In this document: positions 1 through 11,934 of the stretch, piece by piece
How positions within the stretch are numbered: position 1 is the stretch's first letter
How the letters are laid out: each line of letters starts with the position of its first letter
Origin: Mycobacterium leprae TN
GTDB taxonomy: Bacteria; Actinomycetota; Actinomycetes; Mycobacteriales; Mycobacteriaceae
Assembly (NCBI RefSeq): GCF_000195855.1
Contig: NC_002677.1
Coordinates: 1,890,001-1,922,000 of the forward strand
DNA length: 32,000 nucleotides
Reading direction: 5' to 3'
The notes under the pieces: generated by a model
What the model was told of the DNA's origin: nothing
The model's input: the letters and a program-made list of their open reading frames with translations, nothing else
Database searches by the model: none
Made by a program: the position numbers and the translations under genes

Positions 1-102
1 AGCACCGCGACACCGACCTGCTCAGATGCCTGTCGCAGCACCTGCTCGTGGCCTGGCCGACTCAATACCGATTTAGAATCACACTGGCAAGCCTGGTTAG
101 CA

Positions 103-417
103 TTATTTAACGTGGACAAGCCTTGCAGGAAAGCAGCAATGCTGTGGCTCTGGCCGCACCCATCGATCACCAGGATAACCAGGGCACCCAGCAGACCGAT
201 TACGTGTGCAGTGGACCCCCGGAAGCATTGTGTTAGCCGCAGCGTACGCCGCGGCTAACACAATGCTTCCGTAGAACAAAACCATCACACTTTCGATCAC
301 AACGATGTAAGCGCCAGCAGCGCTGTGCGCATACAACGGGACAATGAACTGCTCATCCACCAATACCGGGACCAGCATTGTGGCCGAGGCGGGACGCGGC
401 CACAGTGTGGTAGCCAA
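103..417 (-). pseudogene. Fragment of a probable membrane protein, identity not established
   Basis: Minus-strand ORF with hydrophobic stretch GAYIVVIESVMVLFYGSIVLAAAYAAANT; the flanking frames are broken by stops. Confidence 0.3.
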
Positions 418-559
418 TCCAAACCCACCTCAAACGGCGCGACAATATGACCTGTCTTCCGCAGTGTTCCGATCAAAACCGTTGCAACCGTGATATCTCC
501 ACTGCCTAATGCGGGGAGGCGACAACCACCTCCGGTACTGGCGCCGCTTTGTGACCCAA

Positions 560-2240
560 TGCCACAAACGTCCTGCTTCCATCCGGTTTTTCACTTTAGG
601 TAATCCCGGTCGCTAAATCAGCAGACTCGACAAACAGTGGCGGAACATCACGTGCGATGATCACCACATGCTGCTGACCAGGCCAGACCAACAAAACGTC
701 CACCACATCGTCTACGTCGACCCAACCCCAGTTCAGCAGATAGGTGGACTCAATCCCAGCCCATAGAAACCATTGCTTTGTCAAGCCATCCGTTGCGGCC
801 TCCGCGTGATCGCGGTCGCTGCCCGCCTTGCACAACGTACGCGTCCAGAACCGGCCGGCACTCAATTTTATGCCATTCGACGGCCCCATCGACCCCGTTC
901 TGGTCGTGCAACTGATCAAACTGACGAAAAGCCGGCTCTTCACTGACTTTTCCCTTGACGCTCTTAACGAACTGGAAGACAACGAAGTCCAGTCCACTAT
1001 ATCTAGGAACACAAGAACATTCCAAACACTGCCGTCGATTTGTCCCTTGCCCGCACCGGTATGGATGCTAGTATGAATGTGTTGCACCGAGCACGGAGCC
1101 GATATTATCGCCGGTTGCTTGGAGCCCATACCCCTGTGAAATAAGCGTTTACCGACTTCGGTCACCCTGCGCACAACGTACATCAGAATAATAAAAGCAT
1201 TTAGTTGTTCGAGCAGCACCGTCGGTGCCTCGAGTTGGCAGGCCAGTTGGCCAGCCAGCTCCAGCCGCATATACGACGTCTCGCAGTCCACTACCACGGA
1301 CGCATCCTCAGCTGCCAGCTGGTACGCCGTGATTCGACTGCGGACCAACGTGTCTGGCCCTAAAGCAGCCCAACCGTTGGTGAGTACGACGTTGTCCCCG
1401 TTCACACACCTTTCCCATATAACCAACTCACGCAACGCCAACAGACCTTTAGCGAGCGCTATTTTGCCGCCTGTGTCAAGTTGGGCTAGCCGGAGTACAG
1501 GAGATATACACTGACAATGTCAGCGGAGGAAGCAATTTCGCTTAGTGCTGACCGAAGGTGATCACCTCGACCGTGTAGCACCTTTGGTAGACGTCGCGCA
1601 GCAGCTACAGGGTGGCTCCGCTGACCACGGCCATGCGACTCCGGGCAGCCATCGAGCATGAAGCGTAGACAACGAAGATCACCCAGTTTGCCCTCGCGAC
1701 CCTGACGGATGGCACGGCGTACGTCGCCTGGCTCCGACCGCAGCGGCCCACTCCGGTGGCGAAAAGCAAAGTGGCGAGCATGTAAACCGTGAGCGTCGAC
1801 GTCACACGACACGTTCACGTACACGTCGAGGACGAACCGATCCAGCAGTTCCGGACACAGTTGACTCTCCTCCGGATTCATCATGCCGATCAACACGAAA
1901 CGATCCTCATGCGAGTAGGAGATGCCGTCACGCTCGATGTGTACTCATCCCATCGCCGCAGCGTAGAAAAGCACGTCAACCAGATGATCGTGGAGCAGGT
2001 TGACCTCATCGACATACAACACACCACCTGTAAGCACAGGCCAGCACCCCGGATGAAAACACGTACTCACCGCCGCGGAGCGCGCAGCGTGGCGTGCCCC
2101 CGACTACGTACGTTACGTTTCGTGCACACAGGACAATCCGAAACGCTTTTTCGCCTCCGGAGTGTTCCTCCATCAGCCGCAGCGTGCAGATCCACCTCGC
2201 CGTCGGCCGGTGCCAACCAGAAGTGCCGAGTTTAGACTAG
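560..2240 (-). pseudogene. Mg-chelatase-like AAA+/VWA protein pseudogene (Rv2850c-like)
   Basis: Minus-strand translation near 1830..2060 gives [61 protein letters not shown], typical of ChlI/BchI Walker B and sensor regions, with in-frame stops and frameshifts. Further fragments lie in ORFs 596..1441 and 1486..1896. Confidence 0.8.
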
Positions 2241-2374
2241 CCAGTCACGACCATCTAGCTCCGGATACGAGTACACCTGTTCTACGACGAAAAACTCCAC
2301 CCGCAAATTGAGTAGCTCGTAATGAATCTGAGCGTCAAAGTTTTTAGCCCAAATGCTAAGCAAAGCTTCAGTCA

Positions 2375-3857
2375 TAGGTCACACAGCCTTACAGCTATAA
2401 CGCTCCATAACCACACCTCGTCGATCAATTCGAACTCATGAGATAGTTCGACCCCCAGTGACTACACCATGTCCTTGACATGTAGATAACCGAGCCTGAT
2501 ACCGCTTGGCAAAACAACACGCAAGCACGTTGAGTATGTCCTACGCTGCGGTCGACTGCTCCCGGGAATCCACCCAACAGCAAGGCGCGATGCTACTGTC
2601 GACGGATCCCAGCACAGAGGTGCTGAATTCGATTATTCAGCCTTTACACCTATCTAACCGGATCATCCGCACGCGTTGACCAGGTACCGTAAGAAAACAG
2701 TCTCAATCCATTGCACTGGAATCGAATTAGAACATAATACGGACACGATCGAGTTCGATGATTGTTTTTGGCTGATCAGTATAGTCAAGCAGAGTGATAT
2801 CTATGATACCAACGTGGAGAATTAACAACAAGTTGTCAGGTTTGATCGAGCGGGGCAGGTCGGTAAAGTGATTTTTTCAAGAATTTTAGTGATCAACTGA
2901 CATACGGACCGAACACCAGCCACTACTTGCCGTTGACCAACCGTTGGTCCAGATGCAGCGCCCCAAAAGATGGCGCACCAGGCTCCTGAAGGCCATATAC
3001 TCTGGCCCGATGCGCAGCGGTGAATACAGGGCTGTCGGTGCGCAGAAACCGGCCACCGATCGGAAAGCCAGCTAACCCCTTGACCTCATCGATGCGGGAC
3101 TTTTACAGCAACTACAGGATATTACCGCCAACTCCGATAAAGACAAATTTGGTGTTCAACTTGTTCCTTTCGCCAGCCCGGCAGTTGCTGACAGTTAGCG
3201 TCCAGCTGCCGTCGAACTGACGAGATAGGTTGCGCACTTCGTGACCAAACAGCGTGATTGTGCCGTTGCGCACGCAAAAAACGATGAGCTGTCAGGAGAG
3301 TGAACCGAAATGGACATCCGTGCCATCCTGAGCCTAGTGCAGCGCAATCAGCTCAGAGAAGTCCATTTTGGCGGCCACCAACGGTTGCAGGAAGAGCGAA
3401 CTGGCCGGGGTCCTAAATCAGCTCAGTACGGACGAACAACAGGTTAGCAGCCAGCACCTGCTGTCAGCGCCGCGGGTAATAGACACGCTCAGTTCCGTGG
3501 ACGAAACTCACGTGCGGAATGCGGTTGAGGAAACTACGTACGTCGATCAGGATGGTATTTTCGGCGGCCTACGCCCAGAACTGGCTAACCACCTGGAATT
3601 GTTTGTTGATATGCATCGCTTTAGTGATGTCGATAGCACCGGAAGAGTTTTGTGAGGTATAATTCTAAACTCATAGTGCGGAGAGTCTGAGGCCGGCATT
3701 GTTCCAAGAAGCTGCTGCGTTCGGCGGCAACCACATCCAGCGACTCGATCAAGGTAATCAACCAGTCCGGCTCTAGCCGCTCTAGCAACGCACTCAGCGT
3801 GGCCCTCATTTTTCCGGCACCAACGAGCACAACGCTGGTGCTGGCTAGCTCTGACAC
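2375..3857 (-). pseudogene. mqo: Malate:quinone oxidoreductase pseudogene
   Basis: N-terminal FAD motif [41 protein letters not shown] (ORF 3621..3857). Also IDEVKGLAGFPIGGRFLRTDSP.FTAAHRARVYG around 3000 and a FAKRYQARL-like C-terminus near 2480. Frames are broken. Confidence 0.85.
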
Positions 3858-3879
3858 CCGTATCGTTGATCCTTCGTTT

Positions 3880-4860
3880 TAGCAAGACTTACTCGGCGAT
3901 GCCAGTCCCCAGGTTATCGCGACCGGGCCTACCCCAAAGCGGCGCCACAGAACCAACCCGAGCTAACCATCGCACACAATCTGTCACCACACTACTAAGC
4001 TCACCTCGTGACCAGCTGGAATCCCGATGTTCTGCCCAGTTATTAGCAGTACACAATCCCGCTCAGAATCAATACCGACGGGAGGGAGACATCGTCGCAA
4101 CCCTGATCCGTTGGGGGGAGCCGAAGGCGGCGCATGCGGTCTCTGTGGTGCACGGATACACCGATTACTTCTTCCACACCGAGCTGGCCAATCATTTCAC
4201 CAACCTCGGCTAACATTCTCATGCGCTAGACCGATACAAGTGCAGCCGGGGATGATAGCTTAGGCCAAACTCCGCACTTCATCACCAACATGTCGCAACT
4301 ACGACGCTGAACTCGAACACACCCTGTCAGTCATCGGCAAGCAGAACCTTTCAGCCAAAGTGCTGGCGTGCAGTCATTACACCGATGGACTCATCGTGGA
4401 GCTCCTGCTGGATAAGTTGCACCGGAGTGGTGCACCCGCGTGTGAGCAGTGGGATCCTAGTCCTTAGTAGCCCGTGGTTGGATTGCCAGGGCCCGGAGGT
4501 TCTGCATCTGGGCATGGCCGCGGCAGCAATCACGCCGCTATCGAGACTGTGCACAAACGGTGTATTCCGTTGCAGGGTAATGATGGTTACGGGTACATCC
4601 TGCACCGATAGTACGATCGGGGAGTTCGACTATAATCTGCAATGGAAGTCGCTGGAAGGCTTCCCGATTACCTTCGGCTGATTCAAATACCATGCGCCTC
4701 GGACAGGCACTGCTGCATTGCAGTCTCTCGACGTCAGGGTAACCGACTTAATTTTTAGTTGGGATCATAGCGTAAACGAAAGTAGTGTCCTGACGGCCCT
4801 GCAATACGGCTACGCGGTTTTCGACACTGCCCAGATCGCCTGGTAGGTGATTGTATGGAC
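3880..4860 (+). pseudogene. Alpha/beta hydrolase pseudogene (Rv2854-like)
   Basis: Plus-strand fragments EGDIVATLIRWGEPKAAHAVSVVHGYTDYFFHTELANHFTNLG and LRHHQHVATTTLNSNTPCQSSA-type continuation in shifted frames; reading frame interrupted. Confidence 0.65.
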
Positions 4861-5069
4861 AACCGTAGTACCGTCGTTCCTGCAGTAGATGCCAAACGCA
4901 AAGTTTTCCTGTCACTTCCGCAACGGAGCCAGATGTCCTATCACCAAACGGACTTCTTATCTCAAACTATGGGACAACACCGACACCAGTGATGAGCGCA
5001 AGCGCGGCGAAGCTGAGTGCAGCGGGTCATCACCATCGATCTCAGCATCGTTACGGAAAGGGTAAGCAA

Positions 5070-6450
5070 AAAATAGGAATTACAACATCGCTGTAATCGG
5101 AACAAGTTCGGGAAAAGCATTCCAGCAGATCGATATGCCGAACAAGCGGAAAGCAATCTGCGAACAGGACTTCATGGGGACTTTCCTGAACTCCGGATGC
5201 ATACCTACGAAGATGTTCGTCTCTACTGCCAAAAACTTCAATTTTATCAGACGTTCGGCATGATATGATATCGATACACGTATCTACCGGGTGCGCTGAG
5301 AATATATCGTCCCACGCATCTTCGGAAGGATCGATCCAATCAGGTTCAGCAGCGAGTACTACCACTATCGACAGTAAGCACCTAATATCCGACGCATACC
5401 ACCAGAACACCAGGTTCGGAACCGTTAAAGCCTACGGGTTTTATCTGCTGAGCACCGAAGCTGGTGAAGAATTCACCGACGAACAAGTGGTAATCGTAGC
5501 GGGACCGCGGCTAGTGGTTCCGCCGGCCATCTTTGCATCCGACTTCAAAGTATCACACCAGCGATAACGTCATGCAGATATCTGAGTTGCCCGAACATAC
5601 CGTGATCATCGAAAGAGGATTTTTTGCAGCAGAATTCGCGCACATCTTCTCCACTCTTGGGGGTACAGGTCATCCCGGTGATCCGGGACGGCACATTGCT
5701 TCGGCACTACAATGACACTATCTGCGAACGGTTCACCCGCACCGCTTTGAGCACATGGGAACTGCACACCTATCTTAACAGCTTAAGGACACAGAATCGT
5801 AGCTCCGGCGTCATCGTGACGCTCGACGATGGTTGCGAGTTGCACGCCGACCTAATGCTGGTGGCGATCAGCAAGGCGTCCAATGCCAATCGCCTTGACG
5901 ACTAGCAGAACAGTATCGAAATCGAGGACAGTCGTGTGGTAGTCGACGAATATCAAGTACTTCCGCACATCGCGTTTTAGCTCTCAAGGATGTCTCGCTC
6001 CACATCTTCTCAAGCATGCTGCCAACCACAAAGCCCACATCTTGGCGCACAATCTCTGGTGCGATTGTTACGCCACTTGGTCGATGGCTGTGACCAACCT
6101 CCGGAACGTACCTTAGGTAGTATTTACCAATACCCATTGGATGCTATCTTGTTGACCGAAAATCAAGCTTTCGCAAGTTCACTCGATATTTCCATCAGGG
6201 TAAAGGACTACGGCAACTTCGCGTACGGCTAGGCCATAGAAGACGCCACCGGACTTATTACGCTCATCACCCAGCACGGCAGCCGGCGCCTGCTGGGTGT
6301 ACACATCCTGGGCTACCAGGAATCCCCTATCACACAACCGCTGACTCAAGCTATGAACTGCGGGGCTAACCGTGCACCAAATAGCATGTGGCCAATACTG
6401 GATCCATCCTGCGCTGCCCGAAGGAGTCGAAAAAAGCGCTAGTCGGTCCG
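5070..6450 (+). pseudogene. mtr: Mycothione reductase pseudogene (FAD/NAD pyridine nucleotide-disulfide oxidoreductase)
   Basis: Fragments YNIAVIGTSSGKSI, NTRFGTVKAYGFYLLSTEAGEEFTDEQVVIVAG, SDNVMQISELPEHTVIIE.GFFAAEFAHIFSTLG, RHYNDTICERFTRTALSTWELHTYLN and ARGQYWIHPALPE(G)VE, distributed over several frames. Confidence 0.88.
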
Positions 6451-6639
6451 CGCTGACCTTAACGACGCTGCGGATGGCGAATACACCTAATCCGTTGGTA
6501 ACAGCCGGGTCCAGAGCCGACGACTTGGGCGTCACCTGGCCAGAATCAGCCCCGATACCTGGGATCGCCAATTTTCAGCCGCAATAGGGAACGGCGTGAC
6601 TCCTGTAATCCACTTGCATAGAGCCGGTGACTCAACTGC

Positions 6640-7865
6640 ACAGTGGTGGCTGTTGCGTTTTGCCCGACCTACGTTAGAAGGACCGACATGATCGGTAAGG
6701 AGTTCGATAAAAGCCCATCGTGGTCATCACGGTTCTGCACAGCACATGGCTTCATAGCGCCAACAGAATGGCCGACGGCTGGAATTGATGTTGGTGGTTA
6801 TCGTGCTCGCTGCACCTGGTTGGCTGGACCACTGTGGAGTGCTTCGTCCAGTCAGCACAGTTCTCCTTGGGCGGCAAGATATTTAGTATCGATATCAAGT
6901 TGACGGCATTACACCTTGGGCTTGCGGTACGCGTTCGGCACCGAACATATTACGGCGATCTACACCACCATCCGCAAGCTGATGAACGATGGGAAACGTC
7001 CCCTGGTGTCGGATCGGTGCTGCTGGGCCACGTCACAATGGTTTTCAGGATGGCGGTGCTGCTAGCAACCGGAGGTAAAACCATCGTCGGACCGGTTAAG
7101 GATAACTCCTCGTCGCTGCACCATTGCACAGCGCTGGTTGACAACAACGCCTCAAGGATGCTCCTCTACCGCATCGCGCTCCTCGACGTCATCATACTGA
7201 TCGGCATGCTGGCGGAGGGTAATTAGCACAGTTGCGCCGCAAGCAGCTACGACGAAGCTAAGCTGGAACAACAGTTGGACAATCGAGTACTGATCAACCG
7301 TTTTGTCGGACGCTGGACTACAGCAATCAGCAAGTCCTGGCACGCTGTACCCGATCGAATTGTTGTTTGAGCTGGTTTCAATACCGCCACCGAAATCGCT
7401 CCGCTGGTCATGGCAGGGGCCACCGCAGCCAACGGACTATCGTGGCATGCTATTCTGCACCTGCGCGTACCGTTCACCGCCGGCATGTGTCTGCTGGACA
7501 ACATCGGTGGGCTGGTTTATGAACTTTGCCTACGGTTGGGCTTTTGCCAATCCGATACACAAATTATCTACTACAACATCACCATCACCGTACTGTTGGC
7601 GGCTGTCGCCCTGCGGATCATCAACGTCGAATTATTCAGCCTGTTCGCCGACCCGTTCGGCTAGCAGGGAGGGTTTTGTAAATGTGTCAATGGCCTTGAC
7701 CGCAACACGATCGGCTATTGGGTGGTCGGTATGTTGTCGTCACCTAGGCTACGATGCTACTGGTCTGGCGCTACGGCCGTATCGAAGAACGGTGGTCCTC
7801 ACCCGAAAGCGCAACCTGATCCCTTGGCCGTCCGCGCCAGATATGCAATCACCGGCGTGACACTC
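6640..7865 (+). pseudogene. nicT: NicT-type nickel/cobalt transporter pseudogene
   Basis: Fragments FSLGGKIFSIDIKLTALHLGLAVRV, GKTIVGPVKDNSSSLHHCTAL, MAGATAANGLSWHAILHLRVPFTAGMCLLDNIGG and FMNFAYGWAFANP in different frames. Confidence 0.8.
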
Positions 7866-7999
7866 CGACCTGTGCATGTGGATGTCTGGGCCAACGGCTG
7901 ACCCACGTCGAGCCACATGCGATCTGCCAACAGGCTAGGGCGGGCCCATATACCTAGTCCAGTTCCGAATCAATCTGCGATGTACTGCCCGCTGCGGCT

Positions 8000-8560
8000 G
8001 CGCTGCTAGGGGTTCCGAGTGCACTCGACAAACTGACGTTGACAAATTGGTTGTGCCATGTCAATCAGGTCAACCGAGTCGGTCGCGTCACGGTGCTGGC
8101 CTGAGAGGTTTCTCGGCAATGGATTGACCTACGCAGCATATCGCGATGTGCGGTTTGTTCTCACAAACATGACCGAGGACTACACCCAGCAGTTGGCCGA
8201 CGAGGTTTCGCGCAGGGACGGGTCTGGTCTATGGCTATATATTACCGAACTAGACACCGCAGCTCATGCGTTCGGTATCGGTTCTTACCAATGGCACGAC
8301 GCAGCGGCCCACGTCAATGGATTGCTGACCCACCTGACTGAGGTGCTGCCCCGGAATGCAGTGCTGCTGGTGACCGCCAACCATGGCGTCCTTAACGTCC
8401 CCAACGACTCAAGCATCGACGTCAACGCCGACCCGACTAGTGCACGAAGGAATACGGGTGGTCGCCGGAGAGCCGCGAATGCGCTACCTACACACTCAAC
8501 CCCAGCGCCGCAGTCGACGTAACTGACACCTGGCGCGAGCTACTGGACAGCTGAGTAAGC
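8000..8560 (+). pseudogene. Type I phosphodiesterase / nucleotide pyrophosphatase (alkaline phosphatase superfamily) remnant
   Basis: ORF 8058..8522: LWLYITELDTAAHAFGIGSYQWHDAAAHVNGLLTHLTEVLPRNAVLLVTANHGVLNVP resembles the Y..LD..GH..G ... ALLVTADHGMVDVP core. Truncated relative to a normal family member. Confidence 0.6.
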
Positions 8561-8982
8561 AAGTGTAAAGCCGCGATCAGACCGTGTCCATCGGACTGTT
8601 CGGGCCGAATGTTAACCCGCGGTACCTACCCCGGCATCGGCGATGTCGCCGTCTAGAACGGCAACAGGGGGTACAGACGACCGAGTATAATATAAGCCAG
8701 TCAGAATCGGCGCGATTCATCGGTTTTCACGTCGCGTGCGCCCCAGCCGAAATGGTAGTCTGGACACTCGTTTTGCAACCTCTTGCCTGCTGCTGAGATT
8801 TCGGCATGCTCAAATACTTCGGCAAGTCCTGCCATACCATCGTTGTCCAACCTCAGCGAACGGCTCCTGCAACATAACCAGTACCCGACCTTGGCAACGA
8901 GGTAGGAAATAGAGCCTCCGGGTAGGATTGACTGCTACCACTAGACCTTCCCTCTCAGATCGCAATGAACACAATTTTTTGG

Positions 8983-9852
8983 TCAGCTGTACTCTACGCA
9001 TCTGCTATTAGCGTAGCGGCACGCAGCATCGACTATCGCGGTGAACAGCCGCAGGTCACTCAGGGCCTTCTCCGGATGCCATTGCACACCAAGCACAAAA
9101 GCATCCCCCGGTAACTCTACCGCCTCGACCACGCCATCAGCGTCCCATGCACTGACCACCAAGCCGTCACCGAGCTTGTCGATGGATTGATGGTGGTAGC
9201 ACCGCGCTTCGACGAACTCGCCCAGCACAGCTGCCAACCGAGTACCCGGCACAGTGCGAACCAGCAAGTTGTTAAACACCGCATTGCCCACCCAATGCTT
9301 GCTATGACCGATCACTTCAGGCAGGTGCTGATGCAGCGTGCCGCCCAGCGCGATATTAAGCAGCTGCGCGCCACGGCAAATACCTAGCACCGGCAGCCCG
9401 CGCTGCAGCGCAGCCTCGAACAGCGCGAATTCCCAGGAGTCTCGGGTAGTACGGGGCTCGTCGGTGCTCGGATGCGGTCTCTGGCCATAGGTAGCGGGAT
9501 CGACATCATAACCACCGGTGATCACCAGACCGTCCAGGCCATCGAGTGCGAGGCCAGCGATCTCGGGATCGACCGGCTGCGGCGGCAGCAGCACCGCGAT
9601 ACCGCCGGCCATGGCGACGCCTTGAAAGTAATCGGCCGGGAGATAACCTGCAGGGACGTCCCAGAGCCCAGTGTGCACCTGCTCCAGGTAGGCTGTCAAA
9701 CCCACTACTGGTCTCGAGCCGCTCAAATCCACGTACCCCTCTCCGAATCGATGACCACCGCGTTGGATTTGTTCAGTTATTGTGCGACCACGTGGCGGCG
9801 GTCTCAGCCAGCGTAGCTGGCAGCTGTTCCGCGCCGGAAACGTCGTCGGCAT
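8983..9852 (-). CDS. Gamma-glutamyl-gamma-aminobutyrate hydrolase (PuuD)-like class I glutamine amidotransferase (Rv2859c-like)
   Basis: Uninterrupted 289-aa ORF with nucleophile motif GLPVLGICRGAQLLNIALGGTLHQHL and catalytic His in FVLGVQWHPEKA. The true start is probably internal, near VDLSGSRPVVGLTAYLEQ. Confidence 0.88.
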   Translation of the reverse strand: MPTTFPARNSCQLRWLRPPPRGRTITEQIQRGGHRFGEGYVDLSGSRPVVGLTAYLEQVHTGLWDVPAGYLPADYFQGVAMAGGIAVLLPPQPVDPEIAGLALDGLDGLVITGGYDVDPATYGQRPHPSTDEPRTTRDSWEFALFEAALQRGLPVLGICRGAQLLNIALGGTLHQHLPEVIGHSKHWVGNAVFNNLLVRTVPGTRLAAVLGEFVEARCYHHQSIDKLGDGLVVSAWDADGVVEAVELPGDAFVLGVQWHPEKALSDLRLFTAIVDAACRYANSRCVEYS

Positions 9853-10700
9853 GGCCAGCGCCGGCCTCGGGTGGCTGCAATTTTCGCTCTATCTCATATA
9901 ACACTGCCGCGATCAAGGCGGCCACCGCGTGGTACACGTTGACATCGCCGCCGACGACTAGCGTAGCGCAACTGCGGTTCCCAGCACCCATGTACGGTGG
10001 TCAGCGCGCAGCTGCAGTAGTCAAATAGCTTGTAGGAATTATGTTCGGCGCGTATCGCGCGAAGACCGCAGATCTATCCTGCGGCCTGCAGCCAGAGATA
10101 GATGTGGCGACGCTACCAGGTGCTGGTGCACAATATGATCGCTGCGTCCACAACTCCTGGGCGTTGCGTCAACCCAGCAGGTCCACCATGCGGTAATCGG
10201 CGTGGACTGAACCACGGGCCTGTCTACCTATCATCTGCCCGAGCGTCAGGAAAACTGACCAGCACGGTGGTAGCAATCTCCACCGGCGGACAGTCTCCAT
10301 CGCGAACCACGCCGTTGAGGTCAGCCACCAGCGGATGTCCGCGATGGATAGCGGCGAGACCAACGGCCGACCTAACCTGAGCGCCGCCAACTCCTCCCAG
10401 GCGAGCTTCACCGCCGACACGGTCGCTGACCACCACCGCCCAGGCGATCCCCAGGGCATCAAGGATGCTCGACCACCGACTTGGCCAGTCAGTCGCGGGT
10501 CAGAGCCAATAACGACAGGTCCACAGCGAAGCGGTATGTAGGCGCTCGCACACCGCTTCACAGGGGAACAGGCCCGCGCTGCGTACCACGACCATGACAC
10601 CCGCCTCCAGACCGGCTATAAAGACCGGGACCGAAATATCCGTCAAACACGCGATATAGCCAATCAGCTTGTTTAATCACCATTTCCGCGAGTTGTCTCA
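9750..10700 (-). pseudogene. glnA4: Glutamine synthetase-like (glnA4-type) pseudogene, heavily degraded
   Basis: Minus ORF 9773..9991 VVGGDVNVYHAVAALIAAVLYEIERKLQPPE corresponds to the GS VPGGDVNQYLAVAALIAGGLYGIERGLQLPE region. A possible N-terminal trace (GD.PPVEIATTVLVSFPDARA) lies near 10230..10290. Confidence 0.65.
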
Positions 10701-10885
10701 ACCACTGCCAGTTCCGGATGCGCCTAAGTTACCTACCATTAAATAAGTTAAGTCAGTATTTACCAAGCTGTTACGGATACAGCACATCACCGAGTTGCAC
10801 GTGCACCAACAGTCGCCGCGGCGGTGGGGCAATCATGCATATCAACGACCAAATACCCAGGTCGAGGCGCGATTACCCGGCCAGA

Positions 10886-11743
10886 TCACTGCACGGTGAG
10901 TATCTCGACGCCGGTGTCGGTCACCAACAACGTGTGCTCAAACTGTGCTGTCCATTTGCGGTCCTTGGTAACCACTGTCCAGCCGTCGTCCCAGACTTCA
11001 TAATCTAGCGTTCCCAGGTTGATCATTGGCTCGATGGTGAATGTCATCCCCGGCTGCATGATTGTCGTGACAAAGGGCTGGTCGTAATGCAAAACAACCA
11101 GCCCATTGTGAAACGTGGTACCGATGCCATGACCAGTGAAGTGACGAACAACGTTGTACCCGAACCGGTTTGCATAGGACTCGATGACCCGACCAATGAT
11201 GGACAACGCACGCCCAGGTTTGACGGCGTTGATCGCTCGCATCGTCGCCTCACGCGTTCGCTCAACGAGTAGCCGATGGGATTCGGAGACATCGCCGGAC
11301 AGAAAAGTCGCATTAGTGTCGCCGTGCACGCCATCGATATAGGCAGTGACATCAATGTTGACGATGTCACCGTCAGCGATCACCGTCGAGTCTGGAATGC
11401 CGTGACAGATGACCTCGTTGAGCGACGTACAGCACGACTTCGGGTAGCCCTTGTAGCCGAGCGTTGACGGGTAGGCACCGTGGTTGACCATGTATTCATG
11501 GACAATCCGATCCAGCTCGTCGGTCGTCACTCCGGGTGCGACTGCCTTGCCGGCCTCAGTCAACGCACCAGCCGCTATCCGGCCGGCGACACGCATCTTC
11601 TCGACCACCTCCGGCGTCTGCACCCAAGACTCGCTGCCCTCCTGTGCGGTCGGCTTGCCGACGTATTCGGGGCGCGGAATCCATGCGGGCACCGGCAGGG
11701 TCGGGGACAAAAAGCCGGGCGAAAGCGCGGTGCGGGCAGGCAT
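10886..11743 (-). CDS. map: Methionine aminopeptidase, type I
   Basis: Intact 285-aa ORF with [47 protein letters not shown] and MTFTIEPMI metal-binding and active-site motifs. Confidence 0.95.
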   Translation of the reverse strand: MPARTALSPGFLSPTLPVPAWIPRPEYVGKPTAQEGSESWVQTPEVVEKMRVAGRIAAGALTEAGKAVAPGVTTDELDRIVHEYMVNHGAYPSTLGYKGYPKSCCTSLNEVICHGIPDSTVIADGDIVNIDVTAYIDGVHGDTNATFLSGDVSESHRLLVERTREATMRAINAVKPGRALSIIGRVIESYANRFGYNVVRHFTGHGIGTTFHNGLVVLHYDQPFVTTIMQPGMTFTIEPMINLGTLDYEVWDDGWTVVTKDRKWTAQFEHTLLVTDTGVEILTVQ

Positions 11744-11934
11744 GCCGCAAGCTTAGTCACACGATTCTTTCAGCGACGATGCGCGCCACATCAACGGTGT
11801 GAGGTGAAGGCCACCTGCCAGTCCCGCAGTAGCTGGGAGCAAACCAGGCAAACAAACCTTGCGCCGTATGTCTGCGCACCGGTTTGGTGACGCAGGCTGG
11901 ATGCCGAGGCGCGCCGAAAGCGCCGCTAATCGCG

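Noticed and set aside
11536-11802. Several overlapping ORFs over the map N-terminus
   Set aside because: Antisense or out-of-frame shadows of the intact map gene.
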